A stretch of DNA of 64,000 nucleotides, taken from positions 64,001 to 128,000 of the IMG/VR virus record IMGVR_UViG_3300033075_000428. One strand, 5' to 3'. The notes under the pieces are model-generated. The model was not told the origin of the DNA and searched no databases. It saw nothing but the letters and a program-made list of their open reading frames with translations. Source of the DNA: a virus (taxonomy: Duplodnaviria > Caudoviricetes). The position numbers were made by a program, and so were the translations under genes. Positions within the stretch are counted from its first letter, which is position 1, and each line of letters begins with the position of its first letter. This document shows, in pieces, positions 1 through 9,882 of the stretch.

Positions 1-155
1 TTGCTCATGATAAGAACCAGTTCAGTTAGTCTGTTGAAGTAATTCACAATGGGTTACGAAGCTCATTCCAATCAAGCTTCGAAGAGATTGGTAGCTTGCG
101 CTCTTCACGTCGTGAGTCCTTAGGAAGCTCATTGCCCTTGTAACGAGGCAATTGC

Positions 156-635
156 TTAGATTGTTTGACCTTCGACGTAGGGTACTGCATAGGAGAATCT
201 GGCATAGTCTCTTGGTTTCGTGCCTCTGAGTTGCATTACAATCGTACGGAAATCAATGTCATGCTTCTTCAAGAAGCTCACGAACCACAGATACTCTTGT
301 GAGTATCGTCTGCCCGACATCAATGAGAGGAAGTGACTCACATACATTATCATGGTGTTCTTAGCAGTGGCCTTCTTACCATAGTAGTAGAACAACGTGA
401 TGGTCTGAGTATCTTTGTCAATGGTTGCACCAATAGTGCATGAAGGTCCAATTTCCTTGTCATAGCCATCAAAGTCAGCGAGCAGTTCCCCTCTTGGGTC
501 TGGTTGTGAGCGGTCGATTCCTGGTTCACCCACAAGGACATGAAGTTGACCTACAGAGAATCCATCAACGATACTGCGATCAATTGCTGAGTTAATCATC
601 TTCTTGATTTCGTCCATAGTCTTTTTATTGTCCAC
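156..635 (-). CDS. hypothetical protein
   Basis: 159-aa ORF co-directional with neighbours; AGGAG upstream of GTG start. Confidence 0.6.
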   Translation of the reverse strand: MDNKKTMDEIKKMINSAIDRSIVDGFSVGQLHVLVGEPGIDRSQPDPRGELLADFDGYDKEIGPSCTIGATIDKDTQTITLFYYYGKKATAKNTMIMYVSHFLSLMSGRRYSQEYLWFVSFLKKHDIDFRTIVMQLRGTKPRDYARFSYAVPYVEGQTI

Positions 636-713
636 TGCTTGTCTCCTACTTGGGTTCAGGGTGATTGCCGACCTAGGAACGAGCTACACACACCTAAGGT
701 TCCAGAAACAAAA

Positions 714-743
714 TAGCCCATCATACACTACAATGATGGGCTA
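714..743 (-). terminator. intrinsic terminator-like hairpin
   Basis: TAGCCCATCAT-N8-ATGATGGGCTA inverted repeat followed by a T-run on the minus strand, just downstream of the 776 ORF. Confidence 0.65.
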
Positions 744-775
744 CTGGCGTGAAACGAGAGGAGGCGATTGACTAA

Positions 776-1177
776 TCAGGTGTGAAGCAACGGATTGATG
801 ATCTCACTTGGTGTATTGGTTGAACTGATGAGAGCATGGTATTGCTTTATGCGATTCTCATTGTAAAAGCTAGAGATGTTCTTCTGAATTGCTTTCAGCG
901 CATCGTGATCAGCTTGAACCTTTGACGCCGACATTCTGCGCAAGTATTTGCCATCAACGTAGATGCGTACGTCGTAGTCGAGACCACGACCAAACTCTGA
1001 AGTCTTTTCCATACTCAATACAAGTGTTGTAGTCCACTTGATTAACTTCTTGTAAAGGGAAGCTGGTATCTCTTTCGTCTTCAAGTACTCTTCATAGTCT
1101 GGGAGCTTCAGTTTGAGCACTGAAATTGGTGGACTCCCAGCTACTGAGACTCTGAACTCAATTGGTTTGGTAGACAC
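776..1177 (-). CDS. hypothetical protein
   Basis: 133-aa ORF abutting the upstream gene's TAA. Confidence 0.6.
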   Translation of the reverse strand: MSTKPIEFRVSVAGSPPISVLKLKLPDYEEYLKTKEIPASLYKKLIKWTTTLVLSMEKTSEFGRGLDYDVRIYVDGKYLRRMSASKVQADHDALKAIQKNISSFYNENRIKQYHALISSTNTPSEIINPLLHT

Positions 1178-1495
1178 TTAGTCTCCTCTTTCCACAAATG
1201 AGTCTTCAATCAGTTTGAGAAGTTCAGTGTAGGCACTGATTTTCTGCTTAACTTCTTTTTGTGCCTTTTGGAGACGTTCAGTATATTCGTCTACCCATTC
1301 TTCAGTAACGTCTTGTTTCAATAGGCGTTCAAAGCCCATTGGCACAATCATTGGTAGTGAACTCACTCCACTACTGTTAAGCTTATTAACTATCTCTCGA
1401 ACAGCAGCCTTCAACATCTTGGCATTTTCGCTCTCTTCACCAACGTGGTCTGTGGACTCACGTATTGACCTGACGATGTTCAGTTCATTTTGCAT
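1178..1495 (-). CDS. putative internal head protein, leader family B (MQNELNIVRSIRES)
   Basis: N-terminal leader shared with 5 neighbouring ORFs; acidic and helical. Confidence 0.55.
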   Translation of the reverse strand: MQNELNIVRSIRESTDHVGEESENAKMLKAAVREIVNKLNSSGVSSLPMIVPMGFERLLKQDVTEEWVDEYTERLQKAQKEVKQKISAYTELLKLIEDSFVERGD

Positions 1496-1510
1496 TGTTT
1501 GTTCAATCTG

Positions 1511-2005
1511 TTAGTACAAGTTATCTTTTGCCAATTCAGGATTAGCAATCACTTTCGTTATCTGCTTCTTGATTGCTGGTAGTTGTCTTTTCATCTCATC
1601 CAAAATGATGTCACGCAATGTATCTTTCAACTTATTGATGAAGTCATCAATGACTGAAAGAGAATCTAGTGTTGAACGACCGAGTGCTCTCAGTGCTTGC
1701 TCAGCAATGTAGTAGATTGAATCATCTACATAGCTAGCTAGTATCCGTTGATACTCGTTACTATTAGCCCTTGAAAAATCTTTTGCGGTGAATAGCTTGT
1801 TGAACTGCTCTAAGAATGCCCCTGTTTCAACTGGGTCTCCAAGTTCATTAGCAGTGTCAATCAAATTGCCAATTACTACGGGCTCAACAATTGGAGTATT
1901 CTTCTTGTTGATGCGAGTGAATTCCTTGACAAACCTTGATGTTAATGACCCGTCTGCCAAAGAAGACTCTCTGATAGCCTTGAGGATGTTCAGTTCATTT
2001 TGCAT
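1511..2005 (-). CDS. putative internal head protein, leader family B (MQNELNILKAIRES); alternative start 2056
   Basis: Leader DNA is identical over 22 nt to that of the 1178 ORF; C-terminus resembles the 2527 ORF (LDEMKRQLP vs LDELEKQLP). Confidence 0.55.
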   Translation of the reverse strand: MQNELNILKAIRESSLADGSLTSRFVKEFTRINKKNTPIVEPVVIGNLIDTANELGDPVETGAFLEQFNKLFTAKDFSRANSNEYQRILASYVDDSIYYIAEQALRALGRSTLDSLSVIDDFINKLKDTLRDIILDEMKRQLPAIKKQITKVIANPELAKDNLY

Positions 2006-2062
2006 TCTTCTATGCTTTCGAGATTTGTTTCCAAATTTAATTTCTTGGCTTACCATAGTTCA

Positions 2063-2527
2063 TTACTCAGCAAAGTTATCAATGTACTCAAGAGAACCCT
2101 TGAGTGCCTTGATGAAAATGCGTCTCACCTTGTTTACCCCGTCTTCATCACCTTGCTCTGGTTTGTATTTGACCAAACCACCAGCAACCATTGTGAACGC
2201 TGTACAGTAGTAGTTGTTGACAGCTTCAGTTGCCCATTGAAATGCTTCCGACTGGACGCTTGACTTAAAACTGTCATCACTGCATTTCAAGATGAAGTCC
2301 TTGAGTTGCTGTTTCCTGTACTCAAAGACTCTTGACATGTCTCCGTTCATCCCCGAAGTGTCCTGAGTCAAGTACATGTCGATGTTACTAAGCTTGACAT
2401 TCTGATTGATGTCGTAGTCAGCAGTCTTCAGTAACATCTCTTGGTCTCTGGGGTCTAATTGTGTGAAAACGAGTCTCTTACCCAGAGACTCGTTTATCCC
2501 ACGAATGATGTTTAGTTCAGAGTCCAT
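2063..2527 (-). CDS. putative internal head protein, leader family B (MDSELNIIRGINES)
   Basis: Shared N-terminal leader. Confidence 0.55.
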   Translation of the reverse strand: MDSELNIIRGINESLGKRLVFTQLDPRDQEMLLKTADYDINQNVKLSNIDMYLTQDTSGMNGDMSRVFEYRKQQLKDFILKCSDDSFKSSVQSEAFQWATEAVNNYYCTAFTMVAGGLVKYKPEQGDEDGVNKVRRIFIKALKGSLEYIDNFAE

Positions 2528-3021
2528 TAGTACTTGATCTGATACTTCCCAGCCAAGACCTTAGGAATTTCACGTTCAAACATTGGAAGTTGTTTTTCAA
2601 GTTCATCAAGGAACAATGATACCATTGCAGGATACAGATTTAAATCCCGTTCAGGTACACCGAAACCAGTCTCCTCACAAGTATATTCTACCCAATCAAA
2701 AATGATATTTTGGCATGCAGAATGCTTGCCGTAAATACTCATTATTGGGCTCGAGATATATGTTTTCAATTCTTTCATCAATCGCTCTACCGTGACTGAC
2801 TCCTCACCTTCTTCTATCGCTATTTCCTCTGCAAGATTGGTGATGATATCATCTGGAATGAGTACTAAATCTCTCTTAAGACGTTGCAGTCTTTCCTGTT
2901 CCGCTGGAGTCAGTTTGAGATTTTGAATTCTGCTTGAAAGTACTGACTCTTGAATAAGAGTCTTGACCACAGTGTCAACGGACATTGTGGACTCAACAAG
3001 ACTTTTGGTATCTTTCTTCAT
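2527..3021 (-). CDS. putative internal head protein, leader family A (KSLVESTMSVDTVVKTLIQES)
   Basis: Start placed at the ATG of MKKDTK; carries the shared leader motif. Confidence 0.55.
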   Translation of the reverse strand: MKKDTKSLVESTMSVDTVVKTLIQESVLSSRIQNLKLTPAEQERLQRLKRDLVLIPDDIITNLAEEIAIEEGEESVTVERLMKELKTYISSPIMSIYGKHSACQNIIFDWVEYTCEETGFGVPERDLNLYPAMVSLFLDELEKQLPMFEREIPKVLAGKYQIKY

Positions 3022-3133
3022 TCCGATTATCCTTATAAAGTGAGAGTTGACTAGTCTATGTCCTAATTTGATTAGGGCATCAAGTACTGTTAACGAATAC
3101 AATAATTCGCAGTACCTAGTTTTGAGAGACAGC

Positions 3134-3649
3134 TTAGTTTACACGAAGCAATGAGTCTGCCTTGCGAAGCAGAGAGTCGACCAATGGGTCTGATTCCATG
3201 TCAGCTGTCTTGAGAACCATACGAGCCTTAGTGACAGCAACGATGAACATTGAGTAGTACGACATTTCAATCATTGGGTCAGACTCCATCATCTCCCAAG
3301 CCTGCAAGATGTTGTACAGTGCTTGTACACCCTTGGTCTTGGAACGAAACAAGTTCGTATAGTCATCTTCTAGTTCAGGACACAAGCGGTTCAATACACT
3401 CAGGCTCATCTCTTGAACCTTCATGCCACGAATCTTCTTGCGTACGTATGTCTGCAGTGTAGTGTTCTCCGCAGCATGCGTTACTAACAGGTACACAACA
3501 GTTCTCAGTTGAGCCGCTGTCTTGATTCCTGTTGGGAATGGCATGTTGGAAGTGCCCTGCATGGACTTAATCTGCTTCAACACATCGGTCATCACTGTTG
3601 TCTTGAACAGCGGTGCAGAGATGATTCTCTTGTCGACTTCAAAGTTCAT
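3134..3649 (-). CDS. hypothetical protein
   Basis: 171-aa ORF with AGGA upstream; phage-typical codon usage. Confidence 0.7.
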   Translation of the reverse strand: MNFEVDKRIISAPLFKTTVMTDVLKQIKSMQGTSNMPFPTGIKTAAQLRTVVYLLVTHAAENTTLQTYVRKKIRGMKVQEMSLSVLNRLCPELEDDYTNLFRSKTKGVQALYNILQAWEMMESDPMIEMSYYSMFIVAVTKARMVLKTADMESDPLVDSLLRKADSLLRVN

Positions 3650-3672
3650 TGTCTCGTCCTGTATTGGGTTTC

Positions 3673-4071
3673 TTAGTATATTGGTTCGATTTCAACTGAA
3701 AGCTTTCGTGTCTTCAAGACTGAATTCAGTTCTTGGTATGAATCATAAAACCGCTGAATGTTGTTAGCAATCTTACCGATTCTCCTTGTGACTTCCTTGT
3801 CAAGCTTCAACTCAAGCTCTTTCACATTCTTTACACCCTTCACCATGCCCTCTTCAAAGAACTTTCGGAGAGCATCAGCGTCCTTAGTATAACCAAGGTC
3901 TTCGATGCAAGAGCAGAATTCTTCCATGTCAAAGTTGCGAGCAAACTTCTCAACCCATTCATCAACCCGAGGAAACTCACCACCAGTGGTGTCGATTGTC
4001 TCCTGAATCTTCTTAGGAGCAGATTTCGATTCTTGCTCTCGCATTGCTTGTAGGATGGATAGTTCCGACAT
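3673..4071 (-). CDS. putative internal head protein, leader family B (MSELSILQAMREQE)
   Basis: Start at ATG 4071 just after the upstream stop; shared leader. Confidence 0.55.
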   Translation of the reverse strand: MSELSILQAMREQESKSAPKKIQETIDTTGGEFPRVDEWVEKFARNFDMEEFCSCIEDLGYTKDADALRKFFEEGMVKGVKNVKELELKLDKEVTRRIGKIANNIQRFYDSYQELNSVLKTRKLSVEIEPIY

Positions 4072-4072
4072 G

Positions 4073-4579
4073 TTAAGCTCCAAACTCCGTTGTTATTTTA
4101 CCCGACTCTTTTGCGTAACGATTGACACAGTACTTCGCAATCACAAGTGCTATCTCTGAAGGCAAGCCAGCGAAGAACGTAGCATGCGCCACGCCTGGAA
4201 CAAACTCTTGAAATCTGTTGGTTCTGTCTAGGTCATGCGACAGTAACTTCTTGACTGGAGCAACTTGAATTCGTGGGTCTTGCTTCAAGTCAGATTGAAG
4301 TATGAAGTAGTAACGATGTCCACCGTCTCGCTTATTGGGGTCACCAGACGTAAGGGAAATCCAAGCTGTGTTCTCAGACTGAGTGTCAAACTCAAGCGCA
4401 ACACCTTGCAATCCAAAGTATTCTGCCTTCAATCCCATTTTCAAGAGCAAGTCATGTATAACACGAGCACTGCTCTTGAATGCCTTGTCTGTAGTGACTG
4501 CTTCTAGCAACGAGCTAACAAACTGCGTCTCAGTCAACGACTCATTCTCAACAAGGTTACGTACTGTTTCGTTACGCAT
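4073..4579 (-). CDS. putative internal head protein, leader family A (VRNLVENESLTETQFVSSLLE)
   Basis: ATG 4579 overlaps the upstream stop; shared leader. Confidence 0.55.
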   Translation of the reverse strand: MRNETVRNLVENESLTETQFVSSLLEAVTTDKAFKSSARVIHDLLLKMGLKAEYFGLQGVALEFDTQSENTAWISLTSGDPNKRDGGHRYYFILQSDLKQDPRIQVAPVKKLLSHDLDRTNRFQEFVPGVAHATFFAGLPSEIALVIAKYCVNRYAKESGKITTEFGA

Positions 4580-5036
4580 GTTGAAGTGCTTCCATTTGTT
4601 CATCGTAAATCTTCTTCACAACAGCATACAAGCTATTGAGTTGTCCGTCTTTCACAGGGAACGTCTGGGTTGGGATTTGAATGTCCTTTACTGTTCCGTT
4701 AAGCTTCACTGTGAACTTGTCCATTGACATCTCACCAGTTTGGCCGTCTGCTATGAACTTCATTGTTATTGTGGCTACAGCACCCGATGGTGTATCGATG
4801 TCCACCAGAATGCTAGAGTGGTAGTCAACAACGTCACCATCATCTATGTTACGGTGAATCAACACAGCAGAGACCTTGTAGTCGTTTTGAATCTTGACAC
4901 GAAGCATGTCAATGATGTCTTGAAACAACTCAGCCTCGTCTGCTGTTAGCTCAGCTTCCCCAAGGAACTGCTTTGTGATGGTCTCTATTGAGAGACCAGT
5001 TTCGAGGAGAGTTCTGATTTGGTTGTTTACTGACAT
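4572..5036 (-). CDS. putative internal head protein, leader family A (IRTLLETGLSIETITKQFLGE)
   Basis: Shared leader followed by an alpha/beta cargo domain. Confidence 0.55.
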   Translation of the reverse strand: MSVNNQIRTLLETGLSIETITKQFLGEAELTADEAELFQDIIDMLRVKIQNDYKVSAVLIHRNIDDGDVVDYHSSILVDIDTPSGAVATITMKFIADGQTGEMSMDKFTVKLNGTVKDIQIPTQTFPVKDGQLNSLYAVVKKIYDEQMEALQHA

Positions 5037-5070
5037 AGTCTTGAGTCAATCCGTTGAGTGATTATTGGTT

Positions 5071-5700
5071 TCAGTCGACTTGAATGTAACCAAACCGAGT
5101 ATTCAAGAGCAAGGTTACATCATAGTTTGGTGAGTTTGCCCAGATGGTGTTGCCTTGTTGCTTGAACCCAAGATGGTCTAGGACACCAGTCCAAGTTTTA
5201 TAGTCAGCGTCTGATACGTCGAGCTTGTTACCTTGGAGCAAAGTTACTTCATGTTCAGTAGCAAGCAAGAAGTCTTGAATGAACTTGTTAGCATCACCTG
5301 GAGTTTGCTCAGTCTCAGAGAGTTCATCGGTTGATTCTTTGAATGCTGTCTTCTCAAACTTCTGAAGAAGTTTTATCGCATCGTTAGCAGACTCACCGAG
5401 TTGTACCATTCCCTTTAGATAGGAGTATGCTACACTGAAGGTATTAGGTTGTATAAACCCAGAGCAGATTTGGGAGAGTACCCTACCCAATTCATAGAAA
5501 TCGTGGTAGTTTTGGGATTCATACGAATCCATCGCGAGGAAAAACGTCCGTAAATTCGTCTGAAGCTCCTTTAGTTTTTCACTATCGATTTCTTCTGATA
5601 ACTCTGGTTTCTGATTAGACTCTTTCAATCTACTGTTCTTTGACAATAGCTCTTCATCTTGAAGTCTACGCATCTCAGCTAGGATTGCTCTCTCGGACAT
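5071..5700 (-). CDS. putative internal head protein, leader family B (MSERAILAEMRR); paralog of 5727
   Basis: VQLGESAN...FKES matches VELGEEAN...FAES in the 5727 ORF. Confidence 0.55.
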   Translation of the reverse strand: MSERAILAEMRRLQDEELLSKNSRLKESNQKPELSEEIDSEKLKELQTNLRTFFLAMDSYESQNYHDFYELGRVLSQICSGFIQPNTFSVAYSYLKGMVQLGESANDAIKLLQKFEKTAFKESTDELSETEQTPGDANKFIQDFLLATEHEVTLLQGNKLDVSDADYKTWTGVLDHLGFKQQGNTIWANSPNYDVTLLLNTRFGYIQVD

Positions 5701-5726
5701 GGTGTATTTCCTTGGGTTAGATTACT

Positions 5727-6158
5727 TTAGTCGCAGTCTTCATCAATACCCGAGCCAGCAAAGAGGTTGTCTTCGTTCAAATCATCTTCGTCAGAGTTAC
5801 TCGACTCAGCGAAAGTGTCTGGCAACTGCTCAGTTGCAGTGAGCACTTTATTAGCTTCCTCTCCAAGCTCAACAAGTGACTCTAGTAACTCAGTCAACTG
5901 GTCTTTCGATTCTTGTGTATAAGCACGTTTGGTAACGTCTGAGTAGACCAATGCGAGATACTCTTGAAGGTTCTCAAATAGATGAGGCTCCCTACCGATT
6001 GCTACGGTGAGCTTCTGTGAAGCAGTCTTAAACCACTCAATAGCATGCTTATCAGCATCGCTCTCTGTGATTTGAATTGACTCTTTCAGCGAGTTAGTCT
6101 TCTGAGCTTCTTCAGCTTCGTTGCGACGCATTGCTGCAAGGATTGCTAGTTCTGACAT
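5727..6158 (-). CDS. putative internal head protein, leader family B (MSELAILAAMRR)
   Basis: Shared leader, acidic tail. Confidence 0.55.
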   Translation of the reverse strand: MSELAILAAMRRNEAEEAQKTNSLKESIQITESDADKHAIEWFKTASQKLTVAIGREPHLFENLQEYLALVYSDVTKRAYTQESKDQLTELLESLVELGEEANKVLTATEQLPDTFAESSNSDEDDLNEDNLFAGSGIDEDCD

Positions 6159-6175
6159 GTTGTTTCTCTTGTTAG

Positions 6176-6523
6176 TTATTCGTCGTAAAATCCAACTGCA
6201 TTTCTGAGCTCTTTAACGAATGGTGAAGTCTTCTTTAAGAACTCTTTTAGACGCTCTAATGCAGTTAGAACCGCAATACCGTCTTTACGGTCAACCAGAT
6301 TTGGATCATCTATATCGTCATCAATTAGCTTTGTAAGTGAGTCAGAAAGCTTGGTCAACATGTCCTGTGGCATCTTTTCTCTCAGCTGAGCTCCTAAATG
6401 GAGAAGCTTATCCTTTCGATTCGCCCCGACAAGCATTGCTGTTCGACCGTTATAGTCAATCTCATTGAGGTTATTCTCATCCAACTCTAACGAAACCGTG
6501 GTATTTCCTGCAGTGATTGGCAT
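6176..6523 (-). CDS. hypothetical protein (head-protein cluster)
   Basis: AAGGAG upstream; 115 aa. Confidence 0.65.
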   Translation of the reverse strand: MPITAGNTTVSLELDENNLNEIDYNGRTAMLVGANRKDKLLHLGAQLREKMPQDMLTKLSDSLTKLIDDDIDDPNLVDRKDGIAVLTALERLKEFLKKTSPFVKELRNAVGFYDE

Positions 6524-6538
6524 TTACTTCTCCTTGGG

Positions 6539-7453
6539 TTAATGTGCGTCAGCAGTTTCTGCTTCAGCTGCATCGTGGTCAGCCTTCTTGTAATGGTGCC
6601 AAATCACTTCAACTGCCCACCAACCAGCACTCAGTGCTGTGGTGATGAGCGTGATGGCTCCACCGAACAAGACGAACTCAACGATACCAATTGCGATACA
6701 CACGGAGTTAATCACAACCTTGTGCTTCTCGTACCAGTCAACCATTCCCTTTAGCTTCGGATTGCTCTGAACTGTCTTGAGCTTCGAAATCAATCCAGCC
6801 AAGAATGGAATAGAAGGTGCAATCTTTAGTACCATTTCAAGGATGTCAACAGCAAAGTGCGTCCAGTGAATGGCACCCAACACAGCACCAATTGCTCCAC
6901 CTTCTTCAAGTGTGATTGGGAACTCAACTGGTTCATTGGTTTCATTGATTCGCTCTTGCTCGTCAACAACCCAAGAACGGTAGTCTTCCAAGAAGGAAGT
7001 GCGCTCGTCAGCTGTTACACGAATTGAGCGTTCCAACATGACGTCGGAGAGAATATGTCGTACTGGTTCGTGTGCCTCGAGCACCTTCTTCTCGCTCATG
7101 ATGGTCATGGCGGATTCAATCAGCCCATCTGCGTCTGACTTCGTTGCTCCCCACTTGAACCCAGGAACGAACTTCTGAGTGAGGTGTTTTTCCAATGGGG
7201 CGAAGACTTTGTCCTTGACCCAGTCAGCAATCTTGTCGACCTTGTCGGAAATGAAGGACTTGACCTTATCACCGATGTCTTTTACTTTGGCTAATCCCTT
7301 TTGAACAAGGTCTTTCAAACCTTCGTCAACAGCAGTTTCGTGTGTTTCATTCACACGTGCATTTGCGATTTTCAGTGCTTGTCTCACAACTGCTGCTTCG
7401 TTGAGCGTATTGTCGCGAAGCAACTCGTGAATTGTAGCAGTGTCTAGAGTCAT
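6539..7453 (-). CDS. putative internal/ejection protein with C-terminal hydrophobic helices
   Basis: Family-A-like leader (IHELLRDNTLNEAAVVRQAL), many [LIV]xE sites, 2-3 hydrophobic segments. Confidence 0.5.
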   Translation of the reverse strand: MTLDTATIHELLRDNTLNEAAVVRQALKIANARVNETHETAVDEGLKDLVQKGLAKVKDIGDKVKSFISDKVDKIADWVKDKVFAPLEKHLTQKFVPGFKWGATKSDADGLIESAMTIMSEKKVLEAHEPVRHILSDVMLERSIRVTADERTSFLEDYRSWVVDEQERINETNEPVEFPITLEEGGAIGAVLGAIHWTHFAVDILEMVLKIAPSIPFLAGLISKLKTVQSNPKLKGMVDWYEKHKVVINSVCIAIGIVEFVLFGGAITLITTALSAGWWAVEVIWHHYKKADHDAAEAETADAH

Positions 7454-7536
7454 GGCAGCTTGGGTATAATATGGAAATTGCTTACAGCCTTACTGGTATT
7501 AAGACTGTAAGCAATAGAGCTTTGACGTGTTGTTGG

Positions 7537-8133
7537 TTACAGTACTCCACTAGCAAACATGGCAACTGACCAACGGTCTTCAAGGTTAGTCGTTGGGTAG
7601 TCTGCTTGGAATTGATCACACTGTTGTCGTGTGAGCTCGAACTTACCTTCTGTGCGATTGACCAAACCAACAATCTCAATGAACTCCTCAAGTGACATAT
7701 TCCCCTTCTTGGTTGTAACTGTACCCAAGTGTTCACATGTGAACAGTAGGTCAGCACCTTCGTTGTTGGTAACGTCGAAGACCTGAATCATTCCCAAGAT
7801 TGGGTGTCCTGTTTGAATGAAGGGACATTGGAAGTCTATCGACCAGCAAACTTCAGGTGCTTCAGGAAACAGGGAGATGGTTGGAGCGATGGTGGTGCAA
7901 CCAACAGTTTCCAATGCTCTACCAACTTGTACTAGCTTGTACGTCTCAATTGCATTGATGTCTTCTTGAGACAAGCTGATGCTGAACTTCCGTGCTGGCT
8001 TGTAAAACTCTTGAGTGTCTGCTGGCTTCTGAGTGAAGTCAAAAGACTTGGTGCTATACGTTTCACTCGTAAGCATCTCAACTATCTGATTGGCAGAAGC
8101 GTTGGACACTAGGTATTGGTGGATGTTGTTCAT
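7537..8133 (-). CDS. putative internal head protein, leader family A (IHQYLVSNASANQIVEMLTSE)
   Basis: Shared leader. Confidence 0.55.
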   Translation of the reverse strand: MNNIHQYLVSNASANQIVEMLTSETYSTKSFDFTQKPADTQEFYKPARKFSISLSQEDINAIETYKLVQVGRALETVGCTTIAPTISLFPEAPEVCWSIDFQCPFIQTGHPILGMIQVFDVTNNEGADLLFTCEHLGTVTTKKGNMSLEEFIEIVGLVNRTEGKFELTRQQCDQFQADYPTTNLEDRWSVAMFASGVL

Positions 8134-8175
8134 TGTTGTTCTGAAAACTTATCTGCCATGTGTAGAAAAAGTAAC

Positions 8176-8204
8176 GAAGCCGTTTCACTTGCTGAGACGG
8201 CTTC
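8176..8204 (-). terminator. terminator-like hairpin
   Basis: GAAGCCGTTTCA-N5-TGAGACGGCTTC, with a T-run shortly downstream on the minus strand. Confidence 0.55.
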
Positions 8205-8211
8205 AGCTTTA

Positions 8212-8646
8212 TTACAGCAACTTCTCTACGATGCTCTGCTCAGTCAGTGCTTCTGACTTAATCATGCTGTGGATGTCAGACGCTGACTCTTTGTAGAGAC
8301 TACCAAGTTTATGTCTTACTCTGCTCGCAATGTCAGATGGGTCACCAGCTGGATTGCGATTGATGTAGGTAAGAACTTCAAAGTACATATCATGAGTGTC
8401 GAATTCACCAGTACTGATCAGCTTCTTCAATTTTGCTGTGAATCGAGTCACTGCTTCTTCAGCAACTTCCTCTTCGTCATGCTCGTTACCAGTTCTGACC
8501 TTCTTTGGGGCAGTGCTGTCAAGAACTTCTTCCCACTCATATGGGTCTTCATCCCCAAGACGAGATTTGGGTAGTGACTTCAGCTCATGACGAATCGTGT
8601 CATGCTCATCAGCGTAGCGATATTCGCCTTCTTGAATGCTAGACAT
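8212..8646 (-). CDS. acidic protein with the family-A motif at its C-terminus (IHSMIKSEALTEQSIVEKLL)
   Basis: Same motif as the neighbouring leaders, placed at the extreme C-terminus. Confidence 0.55.
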   Translation of the reverse strand: MSSIQEGEYRYADEHDTIRHELKSLPKSRLGDEDPYEWEEVLDSTAPKKVRTGNEHDEEEVAEEAVTRFTAKLKKLISTGEFDTHDMYFEVLTYINRNPAGDPSDIASRVRHKLGSLYKESASDIHSMIKSEALTEQSIVEKLL

Positions 8647-8830
8647 GTTGAAGTTTCTCCGATTGATTCTTGGCTTGTTGTCTCATTCTTGTTAACTCAC
8701 GAAGCACACCAACCTTAGTCAACTCTGTGTACTCATTGGTGACGGCTTGACCAGAAGCTATTGCTGAGGATACTCTGATACTCTCTTGTTCAGAGAGTGG
8801 TTTGGATTCAGTGTTGATTGGGTGGTTCAT
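8639..8830 (-). CDS. small hypothetical protein
   Basis: ATG 8830 (MNHPINTE...) fills the gap between genes; ends in TAG overlapping the next start. Confidence 0.5.
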   Translation of the reverse strand: MNHPINTESKPLSEQESIRVSSAIASGQAVTNEYTELTKVGVLRELTRMRQQAKNQSEKLQHV

Positions 8831-8855
8831 TTGCAGTAAGCTAGGTGCAATGTTA

Positions 8856-9857
8856 TCACCAGCGTTCAAGACTCTCGATATCAGAATACTCTTTCTTAAG
8901 CTCAGAAAGAAATTTAGACATCGTGAACTCTTTTGTAGAATCAATGTAAAGAGTGCCTGGTTCATCGTCCTCATTGCTGAAAACGTTTTTCTTCCCGTTG
9001 TCGTCTGTTCCTGTTATCTTAGTCACAACTTCAACGCTCGACTCATCACCTACCGCAAAGTAGAAACTGAGTTTGATACTATTAGCTTTCCCTGTAGTAG
9101 CATTTGGAGAATCCATTACTACGACTAATGCAGGTGATAGTGCGCCAGCAGAGCGTGCTTTCTTGACAGAAGTCACAGTGAACTCATTCCCCTTGATACT
9201 TTTACAGAGTTGTGTGAACACATTTTTGAAGTCTGCTTCTGAATTCTCTAGCCAGAGTTTTTCGAATCCAACTGTGTCTTGAGGAGTAACTTTGGTCTTC
9301 ACTAGATACTTGCGGAGTTGCTTACCTTTGCTCTTTAGAGCAGATAAGAATGCTTGGTCTTTCTTTGCCAAACTGAAGAAGTATTCAAGGCTCTCAGGTG
9401 AGTTAGCGCGTTCTTCACTGAAGAACTTATAGACTTCTGGGTCTTTGAATTTTTTGAATTCAAGCCAAGTAGACGCTCCATCAAGACCGCTTTTTTCAAC
9501 ACGATTTTTATCTAAAATTCCAGGAAATGCGATTATCTGAACTATATAGATGGGATTTTTGGATCTTGAACTATAATATAGTTCGATTGTGGCATGGATT
9601 GATATTTTTACCAACTTACCAGTAGGTACAACGGGAGTTAAAAGGTATTGATTAGCACCATTGTAATCGGGAGTGTATTTTTCAATAGTAACACTCCCAG
9701 CGGGTAATACTGAGATTAATTCGTCTATTATCCAAGCATCGACATTTTCAGTTTTAGTAAGCTTAAACTCCTTATTGCGATACTCTTCAATCAGAATCTG
9801 CTCTATGATAGATTTCTCATCAAGAGATGAGTTGATAAGTTTGTGTATTGACTTCAT
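8856..9857 (-). CDS. putative internal head protein, leader family A (IHKLINSSLDEKSIIEQILIEE)
   Basis: AGGAG SD; shared leader; mosaic base composition. Confidence 0.55.
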   Translation of the reverse strand: MKSIHKLINSSLDEKSIIEQILIEEYRNKEFKLTKTENVDAWIIDELISVLPAGSVTIEKYTPDYNGANQYLLTPVVPTGKLVKISIHATIELYYSSRSKNPIYIVQIIAFPGILDKNRVEKSGLDGASTWLEFKKFKDPEVYKFFSEERANSPESLEYFFSLAKKDQAFLSALKSKGKQLRKYLVKTKVTPQDTVGFEKLWLENSEADFKNVFTQLCKSIKGNEFTVTSVKKARSAGALSPALVVVMDSPNATTGKANSIKLSFYFAVGDESSVEVVTKITGTDDNGKKNVFSNEDDEPGTLYIDSTKEFTMSKFLSELKKEYSDIESLERW

Positions 9858-9882
9858 GGGAATTCTCCTGGTTACTGATTGT

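Noticed and set aside
1175-1180. In-frame stop-start junction as a suppressor target
   Set aside because: The stop is TAA, which a CUA anticodon does not read.
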